Shown piece by piece: positions 8,064-15,388 of a stretch of 24,000 bases of DNA. Location: NCBI GenBank assembly GCA_009695095.1, contig SIBQ01000004.1, positions 21,535-45,534 on the forward strand, written 5' to 3'. This stretch comes from Lacunisphaera sp. (GTDB taxonomy: Bacteria > Verrucomicrobiota > Verrucomicrobiia > Opitutales > Opitutaceae). Under the pieces are notes generated by a model that worked only from the letters and a program-made list of their open reading frames with translations, did not search any database and was not told where the DNA came from. The translations under genes and the position numbers were made by a program. Positions within the stretch are counted from its first letter, which is position 1. Each line of letters opens with the position of its first letter.

Positions 8064-8969
8064 CTAAAATTTCTTCAACTGCGGGAAGTATTTATTGTCC
8101 TCCGCCAGCGCCGACGGCAGTGGTTTTTTCTCGGCGGCGCGAACCGCCGGCTGCGTGCCGCCCGGCAGGTCGGCCGGCTTACTGTCCAGCGATTTGGTGA
8201 CGGGGCCGAGGTTCAAGGCCGCGGCAGTGCGGCTACCGCCCGCCTCCGGCAGGGAAGGCAAATCCAGCCCCGATAAATAGGGATTCGGCTGGGCCTCGAC
8301 CACAGCTCCCCACGTGGAAACCGCCACTTCCACGGGGCTGAAGACCCGGTTGTTCCCGGACACGGTCAACCCGCCCGGCGTCGTTGTTCCCAGGCTGGCG
8401 TCTGGCCGGCGGATGGACTCGTCGAAAAATTTTCCCCGCGCCGGGGAGGAGCCCAGCCAGCCCTGAAGGAACGGGGCAAACGGGTCGGCCTGCGGCGTGG
8501 CGGCTTGTTTTGCTCCCGCCTTCGCCTCCACTTCCTTCTGCAGCTCGCTGTATAGTTTCAGGATGTATTCGGGATCGGAGGAATCCAACTTCTCCTCCTC
8601 GCCGGCAATGCCGGTCTCCTTGGTATCGCGGGTCCCGCGACTCTTTGCTGCGGAATTTTTTCCCAGCTGGTCGACCCCGTCGATCAGCCAGTTCTTCTGC
8701 GCGGCCTTTCTTTTCAGCTCTTTCAACTCCGCGTCAGACTTGGGTTGCCTGGCCAACTCAAGCAGCGGTGCGCCGGGCGTGGGACCCTGCATTTGGGGCA
8801 GACTTTCACTCAATTTGCCATTGGCGACCCCGCTGTTCTTGGTTGTCTGGTCCCGCTGCAGGGTCTTGAGTTCTTGAGCAGAATTGGCCAGTGGAGCCGC
8901 CGGTTCCGCGGCGCCCGCGGCGCCTACGGCGAGCAGGAACAAGCCAACGGTGCCGGCGCGCCAGGTCAT
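8064..8969 (-). CDS. Secreted or periplasmic protein of unknown function (signal peptide; Ala/Pro/Gly/Lys-rich)
   Basis: The internal ATG at 8969 gives MTWRAGTVGLFLLAVGAAGAAEP, a signal-peptide-like N-terminus. The upstream part of track ORF 8064..9215 overlaps the pilT-like gene and was rejected. I recognised no family motif. Confidence 0.65.
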   Translation of the reverse strand: MTWRAGTVGLFLLAVGAAGAAEPAAPLANSAQELKTLQRDQTTKNSGVANGKLSESLPQMQGPTPGAPLLELARQPKSDAELKELKRKAAQKNWLIDGVDQLGKNSAAKSRGTRDTKETGIAGEEEKLDSSDPEYILKLYSELQKEVEAKAGAKQAATPQADPFAPFLQGWLGSSPARGKFFDESIRRPDASLGTTTPGGLTVSGNNRVFSPVEVAVSTWGAVVEAQPNPYLSGLDLPSLPEAGGSRTAAALNLGPVTKSLDSKPADLPGGTQPAVRAAEKKPLPSALAEDNKYFPQLKKF

Positions 8970-8997
8970 CAGGTCTTGAAGAAGATTCCCTTCAGGT

Positions 8998-9984
8998 TCA
9001 TTTCGAGGGCCGGTGGATTCGGCGAGAAGCGCATGCCGTCCGCCTTGCTGATCTTGCCCTCCTTGATGAGGCGGGGAGGTCCTTGTTGAAGGACTTCGAG
9101 CCACCATCCGAGCTCGTTTCGAGGAGTTGCTGGATCTTGTCGTTGTTGCCGTCGAGGAGCTTCTGGCAGATAAAGCCCCGCAGCGTGCCCGCGATCTGCC
9201 GGCGGGCCTGCTCAATTTGCTCGGGCGGGAAAAACTCGAACAAGCGGGTCAGCGACTGTTTTACCGTGGCCGCGTGCATGGTCGAGATGACCAAGTGGCC
9301 CGTCTCGGCGGCCGAGATGGCGGTTTCGAAAGTCTCCCGGTCGCGCATTTCGCCGATGAGGATGATGTCGGGATTCTGGCGCAGCACTGACTTGATCGCC
9401 AGCTCGAAACTGGGCACGTCTAGGCCAATTTCGCGCTGCTGGAAAAGGCATTTGTCGTCGCTGAAGGTATATTCAATCGGGTCCTCGATGGACACGATGT
9501 GTTTGTCCATGTTCTGGTTGATCCAGTTCAGCATGGCGGCCATGGTGGAACTCTTGCCCGAGCCGGTGGCACCGCAGACGAGCAGGATGTCGTCCTTGGC
9601 TTGCGCCATCTTGATCAGGGTCTGGGACTCTATCTTAAGCTCCTCAAAGGTCGGCGGACGGCTCTTGATATGACGGAAAACGATGCTGACCAGGCCGCGT
9701 TGGTCGAAGCCGTTCACACGGAAGCGACCGATGTCGTCCGCCTCATAGGCAAAGTCCACCTGGGCATCCTTCTCCCATTTCTCCTTGAAAACCCGTGGGA
9801 CGTGCTCGTCCACCCAGGACTGTGCAGTTTCGCAGGTGATGGGGTCCATCTCGACTGGCCGAAGCCGGCTGCCCATGCGGAGATAGCCGGGTTTCTCGGA
9901 CTTGATCACGATATCGCTGGCGCCGCTCTCGACGGCCAGTTTAAGCAGATCGTTAACAATTTCAGTGTGAAGTGTCGTGCTCAT
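8998..9984 (-). CDS. pilT: PilT/PilU-family type IV pilus retraction-type ATPase, with an apparent frameshift near the C-terminus
   Basis: Walker A is CGATGSGKSS. ILIGEMRDRETFETAISAAETGHLVISTMHA matches the PilT Asp/His boxes. The last 24 aa of this frame are an Arg/Ser-rich, non-PilT tail. The PilT-like ending LIKEGKISKADGMRFSPNPPALEMNLKGIFFKT* is in another frame and ends at 8969. Confidence 0.85.
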   Translation of the reverse strand: MSTTLHTEIVNDLLKLAVESGASDIVIKSEKPGYLRMGSRLRPVEMDPITCETAQSWVDEHVPRVFKEKWEKDAQVDFAYEADDIGRFRVNGFDQRGLVSIVFRHIKSRPPTFEELKIESQTLIKMAQAKDDILLVCGATGSGKSSTMAAMLNWINQNMDKHIVSIEDPIEYTFSDDKCLFQQREIGLDVPSFELAIKSVLRQNPDIILIGEMRDRETFETAISAAETGHLVISTMHAATVKQSLTRLFEFFPPEQIEQARRQIAGTLRGFICQKLLDGNNDKIQQLLETSSDGGSKSFNKDLPASSRRARSARRTACASRRIHRPSK

Positions 9985-10062
9985 GGAATTTTATGCGTGA
10001 ACCTGCTTTAAAGCTGTGCATTCCCTACAGTGTCTCTTTCCATCGTTCAAGGTAACTTTCCT

Positions 10063-10950
10063 ATGAATCGTCGCTTCACCGGCACCTACACCGCCCTGAT
10101 CACGCCCTTCCGGCTTGGCACGGTGGCCTATGGCGAACTGCGCAAACTGGTCGAGTACCAGATCAAGGGCGGCATCAGCGGCTTGGTGCCGGTCGGCACC
10201 ACTGGCGAATCGCCCACCGTTACCCACGAGGAGCACCTCGACATTATCCGCTGCACCATCGCGGCCGCCCGCGGCCGCGTGCCTGTCATCGCCGGCACGG
10301 GCTCCAATTCCACACGGGAGGCCATCGGCCTGACCGAGGCGGCCGACGCCGCTGGCGCCGATGGTCTGTTGCTCGTCGCGCCTTATTACAACCGACCGAC
10401 CCAGGAGGGGCTGTTCCAGCACTTCGGCCGGATCGCCGAAGCCACGGACAAGCCCATCATCCTCTACTCCATCCCGGGCCGCTGCGGCGTGGAAATCGGC
10501 GTGAACGTCATCGAGCGGCTCCGGGCGAAGTATCCCCACGTCGCACACCTCAAGGAAGCCGGCGGCAACGTGGACCGGGTCGACCAGATCATCTCGGCTC
10601 TGGGCGACGCCGTTACCGTATTGAGCGGCGACGACAGCCTCACCCTCCCCTTCATGGCCGTCGGCGCCCAAGGGGTCGTCAGCGTGGCGAGCAATCTTTA
10701 CCCGCGTGAAGTCGGCCGGATGGTGGCGCACGCCCTGGCGCACGACTATCCTAAGGCCCGGACGCTGCATCGCCGGCTCTACCCCGTCTTCAAGAGCATC
10801 TTCATCGAATCGAACCCGGCGCCGATCAAGCTGGCGATGGCCCGCGCGGGTATAATCGGCTCGGAGGAAGTGCGATCACCGCTCTGCCCGGTGAGTGCCG
10901 CCAGTCGCAAGACCCTCCTCGCCACGCTCGCCGCCTTCAAGAAGGGCTGA
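10063..10950 (+). CDS. dapA: 4-hydroxy-tetrahydrodipicolinate synthase
   Basis: FTGTYTALITPF, GLVPVGTTGESPTV and YNRPTQEGL are classic DapA motifs. ATG 10063 is preferred over the track GTG 10030. Confidence 0.93.
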   Translation: MNRRFTGTYTALITPFRLGTVAYGELRKLVEYQIKGGISGLVPVGTTGESPTVTHEEHLDIIRCTIAAARGRVPVIAGTGSNSTREAIGLTEAADAAGADGLLLVAPYYNRPTQEGLFQHFGRIAEATDKPIILYSIPGRCGVEIGVNVIERLRAKYPHVAHLKEAGGNVDRVDQIISALGDAVTVLSGDDSLTLPFMAVGAQGVVSVASNLYPREVGRMVAHALAHDYPKARTLHRRLYPVFKSIFIESNPAPIKLAMARAGIIGSEEVRSPLCPVSAASRKTLLATLAAFKKG

Positions 10951-10956
10951 CCCGCC

Positions 10957-11688
10957 ATGCCGCTTCAAATTCTACTCAATGGTGCCAGGGGCCGCATGGG
11001 CCAGACCATCGCCGGCCTGGCCGGCGGCATGGACGCTGTGATCCGCGAGGCCACGGATATCGGCGACGATTTGGCCAAACCCCTCAGCCACTGTGATGTG
11101 GTGATTGATTTCAGTTCGCCCGCAGCCACCGGCCAGTTGCTGAAGTTCGCTGCCGCCCGGAAAAAGCCCGTGATCATCGGCACCACCGGCCACAGCGCCG
11201 AGGAAAAGGAACGCCTGCTCCCCCTCGCCGCCAAGGTGCCGTGTGTCTGGGCGGGAAATTTCTCCGCCGGTGTTAACTTGCTTTTCGCCCTGACCCAACG
11301 CGCTGCCGAGGTGCTCGGCACCGATTTCGACGTCGAGGTCGTGGAGATGCACCACCGCTTCAAGCAGGACGCCCCCAGCGGCACCGCAGCGCGGCTGCTG
11401 GAAATCATTTTGGCAGAGCGGAAGTTGACGACCAAAGCCCTGCGCCACGGACGCTCCGGCATTACTGGCGAGCGTTCGTCCAAGGAAGTCGGTGTCCACT
11501 CCCTGCGCGGCGGGGACGTGGTGGGCGATCACACTGTCATTTTTGCCACTCTCGGCGAACGCCTCGAGCTGACGCACAAGGCCGGCGACCGCGCCATTTT
11601 TGCCCGCGGCGCCCTTCGCGCCGCGCACTGGGTCGTGCAGCAGAAGCCCGGTGTTTACGACATGCAGGACGTGCTCGGTTTAAAATGA
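10957..11688 (+). CDS. dapB: 4-hydroxy-tetrahydrodipicolinate reductase
   Basis: EMHHRFKQDAPSGTA is the DapB signature and the N-terminus has GARGRMG. The gene is adjacent to dapA. Confidence 0.93.
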   Translation: MPLQILLNGARGRMGQTIAGLAGGMDAVIREATDIGDDLAKPLSHCDVVIDFSSPAATGQLLKFAAARKKPVIIGTTGHSAEEKERLLPLAAKVPCVWAGNFSAGVNLLFALTQRAAEVLGTDFDVEVVEMHHRFKQDAPSGTAARLLEIILAERKLTTKALRHGRSGITGERSSKEVGVHSLRGGDVVGDHTVIFATLGERLELTHKAGDRAIFARGALRAAHWVVQQKPGVYDMQDVLGLK

Positions 11689-12296
11689 TCACCCGCATCT
11701 CCGGCACCCTCGTTGCGGCCACACCACTGACGGCCATCATCGAGACTGGCGGATTGGGCTACGAGGTGCACATCCCCCTCACGACGGCCGAGCGGCTTCC
11801 CTCGCCCGGCCAGTCCGTCAAGCTTCACACGCTCGCCGTTTATCGCGACGACTCGCAGACCCTCTACGGCTTCGCGGACGACGAAGAGCGCGATTTCTTC
11901 CGGCTGCTGATCGAGAAGGTCTCCGGCGTCGGGCCAAAGATGGCGTTAAGCGTCCTGAGCAAGCTTTCCCTCGCCACCCTGAAAGGGGCAATCGCGGCGG
12001 GCGATGTGACCCTGCTGGCGACGTGCCCCGGCATCGGCCGGAAAACTGCCGAGAGGCTGGTCATTGAATTGCGCGACAAATTGACTCCCGCCGAGATGGG
12101 CCGACTCGGGTCCGTCCGAACCGAGCTGGGCCAGACTGGGCCCGCGCGCGCAGAGAATAAAATCCGCGATGCGGTGCTGGCGCTCACGGCACTGGGTTAC
12201 AAGGCCGCGGATGCCGACAAGGCCGTGCGCAAGGCCTGGGTCGGGCTGGGTCCGGCCGCCTCGACCGAGGCGTTGATCAAGAAGGCGCTGGGCTAG
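11685..12296 (+). CDS. ruvA: Holliday junction branch-migration complex subunit RuvA
   Basis: The N-terminus MITRISGTLV...GGLGYEVHIP and the HhH region VSGVGPKMALSVLS / CPGIGRKTAERL are present. ATG overlaps the dapB stop (ATGA at 11685-11688). No ruvB follows. Confidence 0.93.
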   Translation: MITRISGTLVAATPLTAIIETGGLGYEVHIPLTTAERLPSPGQSVKLHTLAVYRDDSQTLYGFADDEERDFFRLLIEKVSGVGPKMALSVLSKLSLATLKGAIAAGDVTLLATCPGIGRKTAERLVIELRDKLTPAEMGRLGSVRTELGQTGPARAENKIRDAVLALTALGYKAADADKAVRKAWVGLGPAASTEALIKKALG

Positions 12297-12299
12297 GCC

Positions 12300-13001
12300 T
12301 CAGCGCTGGAACTGAAAGGCGGTGAACTCCGCCTGCGGCGCCTGTTTCCCGCGGAAGACGCGCTGGCTGTCGGCCGGCAGGAACTGCCGCGAATCAAACA
12401 CACCGTCCTCGAAAAGCGAGGGCATCCGGCCGGTCTGGATCTGGCTGTTGATGAAGACCCGTTTCTCCTCCTGGTGCAAGGCCATGAGCAAATCCGGGTA
12501 ACTGGGATCGAGCGCGACCTGATTCCGCAGGCTGGCGGGACTCTCCAGCTGTTCGTCCAGCGTGCGTCCCGGGGTGGAGACGGCCGGGACGGCAGCCGCG
12601 CCCACTTGGGGGGGCGGCAGCGTATAGGCGTTCGCGATCACGTTGGCCGGGGCGATCGGCGGAGAAGTGGAAATGAAACGGACGAACACCAGCGTGAGGC
12701 ACGCCGCCGCGGCAAGCCCGCCGGCATAGTAGATCCAACTGAAGCGGCGGTGGTGTTGCTGACGCTCCAAGCTGGCGATAACGCTCCGGCTGGCCGGCTG
12801 GGCGGGCTGAGGGTCGGAGGCATGGACGCGGAAGCTCGCATAGACCGATTTGGTCGCTCGATGCATCTGGCAATACTGCCGGTAGACGGCACGACATCGC
12901 GGGTTGCCCTGCATCTCGGACTCCAACTCGGCGGATTCCGCAGTGGTGATCTGCCGGTCGATGTAGAGGTTCACTAATTCAATGAAGCGGTTGTCTTTCA
13001 T
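12300..13001 (-). CDS. Putative anti-sigma factor (single-pass membrane protein) cognate to the upstream ECF sigma
   Basis: ATG 13001 overlaps the sigma gene stop (ATGA). The protein has a short cytoplasmic N-domain with Cys/His residues (NPRCRAVYRQYCQMH), one TM segment (WIYYAGGLAAAACLTLVFV) and an extracytoplasmic tail of about 110 aa. The call rests on position and architecture. The rest of track ORF 12300..13508 is a shadow of the sigma gene. Confidence 0.65.
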   Translation of the reverse strand: MKDNRFIELVNLYIDRQITTAESAELESEMQGNPRCRAVYRQYCQMHRATKSVYASFRVHASDPQPAQPASRSVIASLERQQHHRRFSWIYYAGGLAAAACLTLVFVRFISTSPPIAPANVIANAYTLPPPQVGAAAVPAVSTPGRTLDEQLESPASLRNQVALDPSYPDLLMALHQEEKRVFINSQIQTGRMPSLFEDGVFDSRQFLPADSQRVFRGKQAPQAEFTAFQFQR

Positions 13002-13606
13002 GGCTGAAATCCCTCCCCCAGTTTTTCTCGCAGACTCTCGCGGGCGCGAGCGATGCGGCTTTTGACAGTGCCCACACTGATGCCAAGAACATCGGCGATT
13101 TCTTCGTAGGCGAGATTCTGGACGTTGCGCAAGATGAGTATCTCCCGGTGCTTTTCGTTGAGCTCCTCCATGCACTCGGCGACGCGGTTGACGAACTCCT
13201 GTGTGATCGTGGCGTCCTCGGGCGTCTCCTGCTCGGCGGGAATGAGCTCGGCTAGCGTGGTGTCGTTGTTGTCGCCGCTGACCGGCGCGTCGAACGAAAT
13301 GGATTTGTCGCGCTTGCGCCGCCACCAATACCAGTAGCGGTTGCGCGCGAGGTTGGTGGCGATCTGGTAGAGCCAAGTCGAGAAGGCCGAGTCGCCGCGG
13401 AAGCTGCCGAGCCCGCGGTGCGCGCGGATGAAGGCATCCTGTGTGACCTCCTCGGCGTCCTGCTGGTTGCGCAGGAGATGGTTGGTCATCGCAAAGATGC
13501 GGTCCCAATACCGGGTGACCAGCTGGTCAAACGCCGTCGCGTCGCCGCACTTAAAACGGTCAACCAGCATGCGGTCTAAAGCGACTTCCTGGGTCCTGGC
13601 GGTCAT
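12998..13606 (-). CDS. ECF (group IV) RNA polymerase sigma-70 factor
   Basis: Region 2 is DAEEVTQDAFIRAHRGLGSFRGDSAFSTWLYQIATNLARN. Region 4 is ILILRNVQNLAYEEIADVLGISVGTVKSRIARARESL. Start ATG 13606 (MTARTQEVALDRMLVDRF) gives a typical length of 202 aa. Confidence 0.9.
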   Translation of the reverse strand: MTARTQEVALDRMLVDRFKCGDATAFDQLVTRYWDRIFAMTNHLLRNQQDAEEVTQDAFIRAHRGLGSFRGDSAFSTWLYQIATNLARNRYWYWWRRKRDKSISFDAPVSGDNNDTTLAELIPAEQETPEDATITQEFVNRVAECMEELNEKHREILILRNVQNLAYEEIADVLGISVGTVKSRIARARESLREKLGEGFQP

Positions 13607-13618
13607 GTGCTCAGGGTT

Positions 13619-13648
13619 ATTCTGATCCGGAAATTTGAGAATTGTTCC
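13619..13648 (-). promoter_or_regulatory. Candidate ECF-type autoregulatory promoter (GGAACAA-N16-TCAGAAT)
   Basis: On the minus strand, GGAACAA (13648-13642), a 16-nt spacer and TCAGAAT (13625-13619) resemble the RpoE-type GGAAC-N16-TCnAA pattern. It sits only about 12 nt from ATG 13606, leaving almost no leader, which weakens the call. Confidence 0.3.
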
Positions 13649-13793
13649 CACGAAAGGCGCTAGTTGACCCGTAGCTTGCACCACCCCTGCGGGCGGTCAA
13701 TGTTGGTCTGCCCGGGCTGTACCCGCCCCGCCAGCGCAGATAATCCTTGCTTTGCCGTCCAAGCGAAAAAATATCTCGGCCGAGGCTGGCCTG

Positions 13794-13868
13794 GGGGTGA
13801 TAGCTCAATGGTAGAGCAGTTGCCTTTTAAGCAATTGGTTCTGGGTTCGAATCCCAGTCGCCCCACCA
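13794..13868 (+). tRNA. tRNA-Lys (anticodon UUU), CCA encoded
   Basis: I folded the full cloverleaf by hand. The acceptor is GGGGTGA/TCGCCCC and the D stem is GCTC/GAGC. The anticodon stem is GTTGC/GCAAT with loop CTTTTAA. The T arm is CTGGG-TTCGAAT-CCCAG, followed by discriminator A and CCA. Confidence 0.95.
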
Positions 13869-13984
13869 CCTCGCTGTCGCCACTTGGTTACGCGGCGTCC
13901 TGTTGCCTGATCGGGCAGAGTTTTCCCTATGGACAAGCGTCTGAGCTCCAATAACCATTAGGGCCACCCCCTCACTCACTCACT

Positions 13985-14683
13985 TTGCGAGCCGTGTCAC
14001 CCCCCACCCAAGTCAAGCGTATCATCATCATTGAGGATCATACCGCCATTCGCGAAATGCTGGCGGAAATCCTGCGCGTCGATCCCGCTTACCAAATTGT
14101 CGGCGAATGCGGCGACGGCCAGCAGGCCTGCCAGCTTTGCCTCGACCTGAAGCCCGACCTGCTCGTGCTTGACGCCCGCCTCCCCGGCCTGAGCGGCGCG
14201 GACATCCTCCGCCGCCTCGGCAAGCAACTGAAGAACACTCGCGTGCTCGTCTTCTCCGCCTACGTGAGCTACTCCCTGGTGCGCGAGATGCTGGAGGCCG
14301 GTGCCCACGGCTTTGTCGAGAAGACGGCCGGTCTGGCCGAGTTTAAAAAAGGCCTCGAGACCATTGCTCACGGCGGCACCTACTTTGGCCCCAGCGTGGC
14401 CACCCTTCTGCGCACGGTCGTCTCCAACAACAGCCCGACCTCCGGCATGGACTCCCTGACCCACCGGGAGCGAGAAATCCTCAAACTGGTTGCCGAAAGC
14501 AACAGCACCAAGGAAATCGCCCAGAAGCTCGGCATTAGCGTAAAGACTGTGGACAACCACCGCACGAACTTGATGCACACCGCTACGCTTTGGAAATCGG
14601 CCTTGTCGATCACCGCGCCAAGACGTGAAGAGCACTCCGACACGCCGCAGTTTCGTTCTTGCGCACCTCCGGCGATTCTCTAA
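13985..14683 (+). CDS. NarL/FixJ-family response regulator (receiver + LuxR-type HTH) with a disrupted C-terminal helix; no adjacent histidine kinase
   Basis: The receiver is intact (IIIIEDH, LLVLDARLPG, VFSA, GFVEK). The HTH reads LTHREREILKLVAESNSTKEIAQKLGISVKTVDNHRTNLMH, after which the frame loses family similarity. The start could be TTG 13985 or GTG 13994. Confidence 0.85.
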   Translation: MRAVSPPTQVKRIIIIEDHTAIREMLAEILRVDPAYQIVGECGDGQQACQLCLDLKPDLLVLDARLPGLSGADILRRLGKQLKNTRVLVFSAYVSYSLVREMLEAGAHGFVEKTAGLAEFKKGLETIAHGGTYFGPSVATLLRTVVSNNSPTSGMDSLTHREREILKLVAESNSTKEIAQKLGISVKTVDNHRTNLMHTATLWKSALSITAPRREEHSDTPQFRSCAPPAIL

Positions 14684-14714
14684 TAAACATGCCCACTCCA
14701 TTTCTCTGCCTATC

Positions 14715-15254
14715 ATGAAGAATTTCCCCAAAATCCTCGGCCTGACGCTCGCCCTCTCCGCCTTGGTTCTTTCCGGCTGCAAAAAGAAGCCGGTTCGTGA
14801 CCAATCCACGAGCGGTCAGGGTAGCATGGTCGATCCCTACGCCGAGGCCATTCCGAGCGATGACGTGCCCAATCTCCGCGTCCGTGATCCGAACGCCGGC
14901 GTTCCCGACGAAGATGGCAAGAGTGTCGTGGAGCCGATCTATTTTGCCCTCGACCGTTCCGCCGTCGCCTCCCCGGAGCGCCCGAAGGCCGAGGCGGCCG
15001 CCAAGTGGCTCCTGGATAATCCCGACAAGAATCTGGTGCTAATCGGGTATTGCGACTGGCGCGGCACGGCTGAATACAATCTCGGCCTCGGTGACCGTCG
15101 CGCCAACGCCGTGAAGAAATATCTTGAATTCCTCGGGGCTGATCCCAAGCGCCTCGAGACCCTCTCCAAGGGCTCGACCGAGGCCAAGCAGGGCGGCTCC
15201 GAAGCCTACTGGCCGAAGGATCGCCGCGTGGACTTTATCATCTTGAAACGCTAA
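14715..15254 (+). CDS. pal: OmpA-family peptidoglycan-associated lipoprotein (Pal-like)
   Basis: ATG 14715 gives a lipoprotein signal MKNFPKILGLTLALSALVLSGC with lipobox LSGC. The OmpA C-terminal domain reads IYFALDRS...GYCDWRGTAEYNLGLGDRRANAVKKYL. No Tol genes are adjacent, so the pal symbol is tentative. Confidence 0.85.
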   Translation: MKNFPKILGLTLALSALVLSGCKKKPVRDQSTSGQGSMVDPYAEAIPSDDVPNLRVRDPNAGVPDEDGKSVVEPIYFALDRSAVASPERPKAEAAAKWLLDNPDKNLVLIGYCDWRGTAEYNLGLGDRRANAVKKYLEFLGADPKRLETLSKGSTEAKQGGSEAYWPKDRRVDFIILKR

Positions 15255-15275
15255 TCCACCCGACAGTATTAAAAT

Positions 15276-15310
15276 GGCCCCCCCGGGGGGGTTCCGGGGC
15301 TTTGTTGTTG
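15276..15310. terminator. Bidirectional intrinsic terminator (C7G7 palindrome / GC hairpin flanked by T-runs on both strands)
   Basis: GGCCCCCCCGGGGGGGTTCCGGGGC (15276-15300) can pair as CCCCGG/CCGGGG or as C7/G7. It is followed on + by TTTGTTGTTG and on - by CATTTTAATA. It lies between the convergent pal-like and M20 genes. Confidence 0.6.
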
Positions 15311-15388
15311 AATCGATTTCAGTTTCCGCGGGCGAGGGCGCCCGCGCTCTAAACTCTGGATCTACGGCGACCGCGCCATGGAATTAAT

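Noticed and set aside
9985-10062. Possible lysine riboswitch upstream of dapA.
   Set aside because: The spacer is only 78 nt and is shared with the divergent pilT-like gene. That is far too short for an L-box of about 180 nt, and no conserved L-box elements are visible.
13971-13984. Short tandem (CTCA)x3 just upstream of the response-regulator start.
   Set aside because: With only three and a half units it is within chance expectation, and nothing indicates slippage-based regulation.
13794-15254. tRNA-Lys as an integration site for a genomic island, given the damaged response regulator next to it.
   Set aside because: There is no integrase, no direct repeat of the tRNA 3' end downstream that I could find, and no compositional break. 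The downstream genes (regulator, Pal-like lipoprotein) look native.
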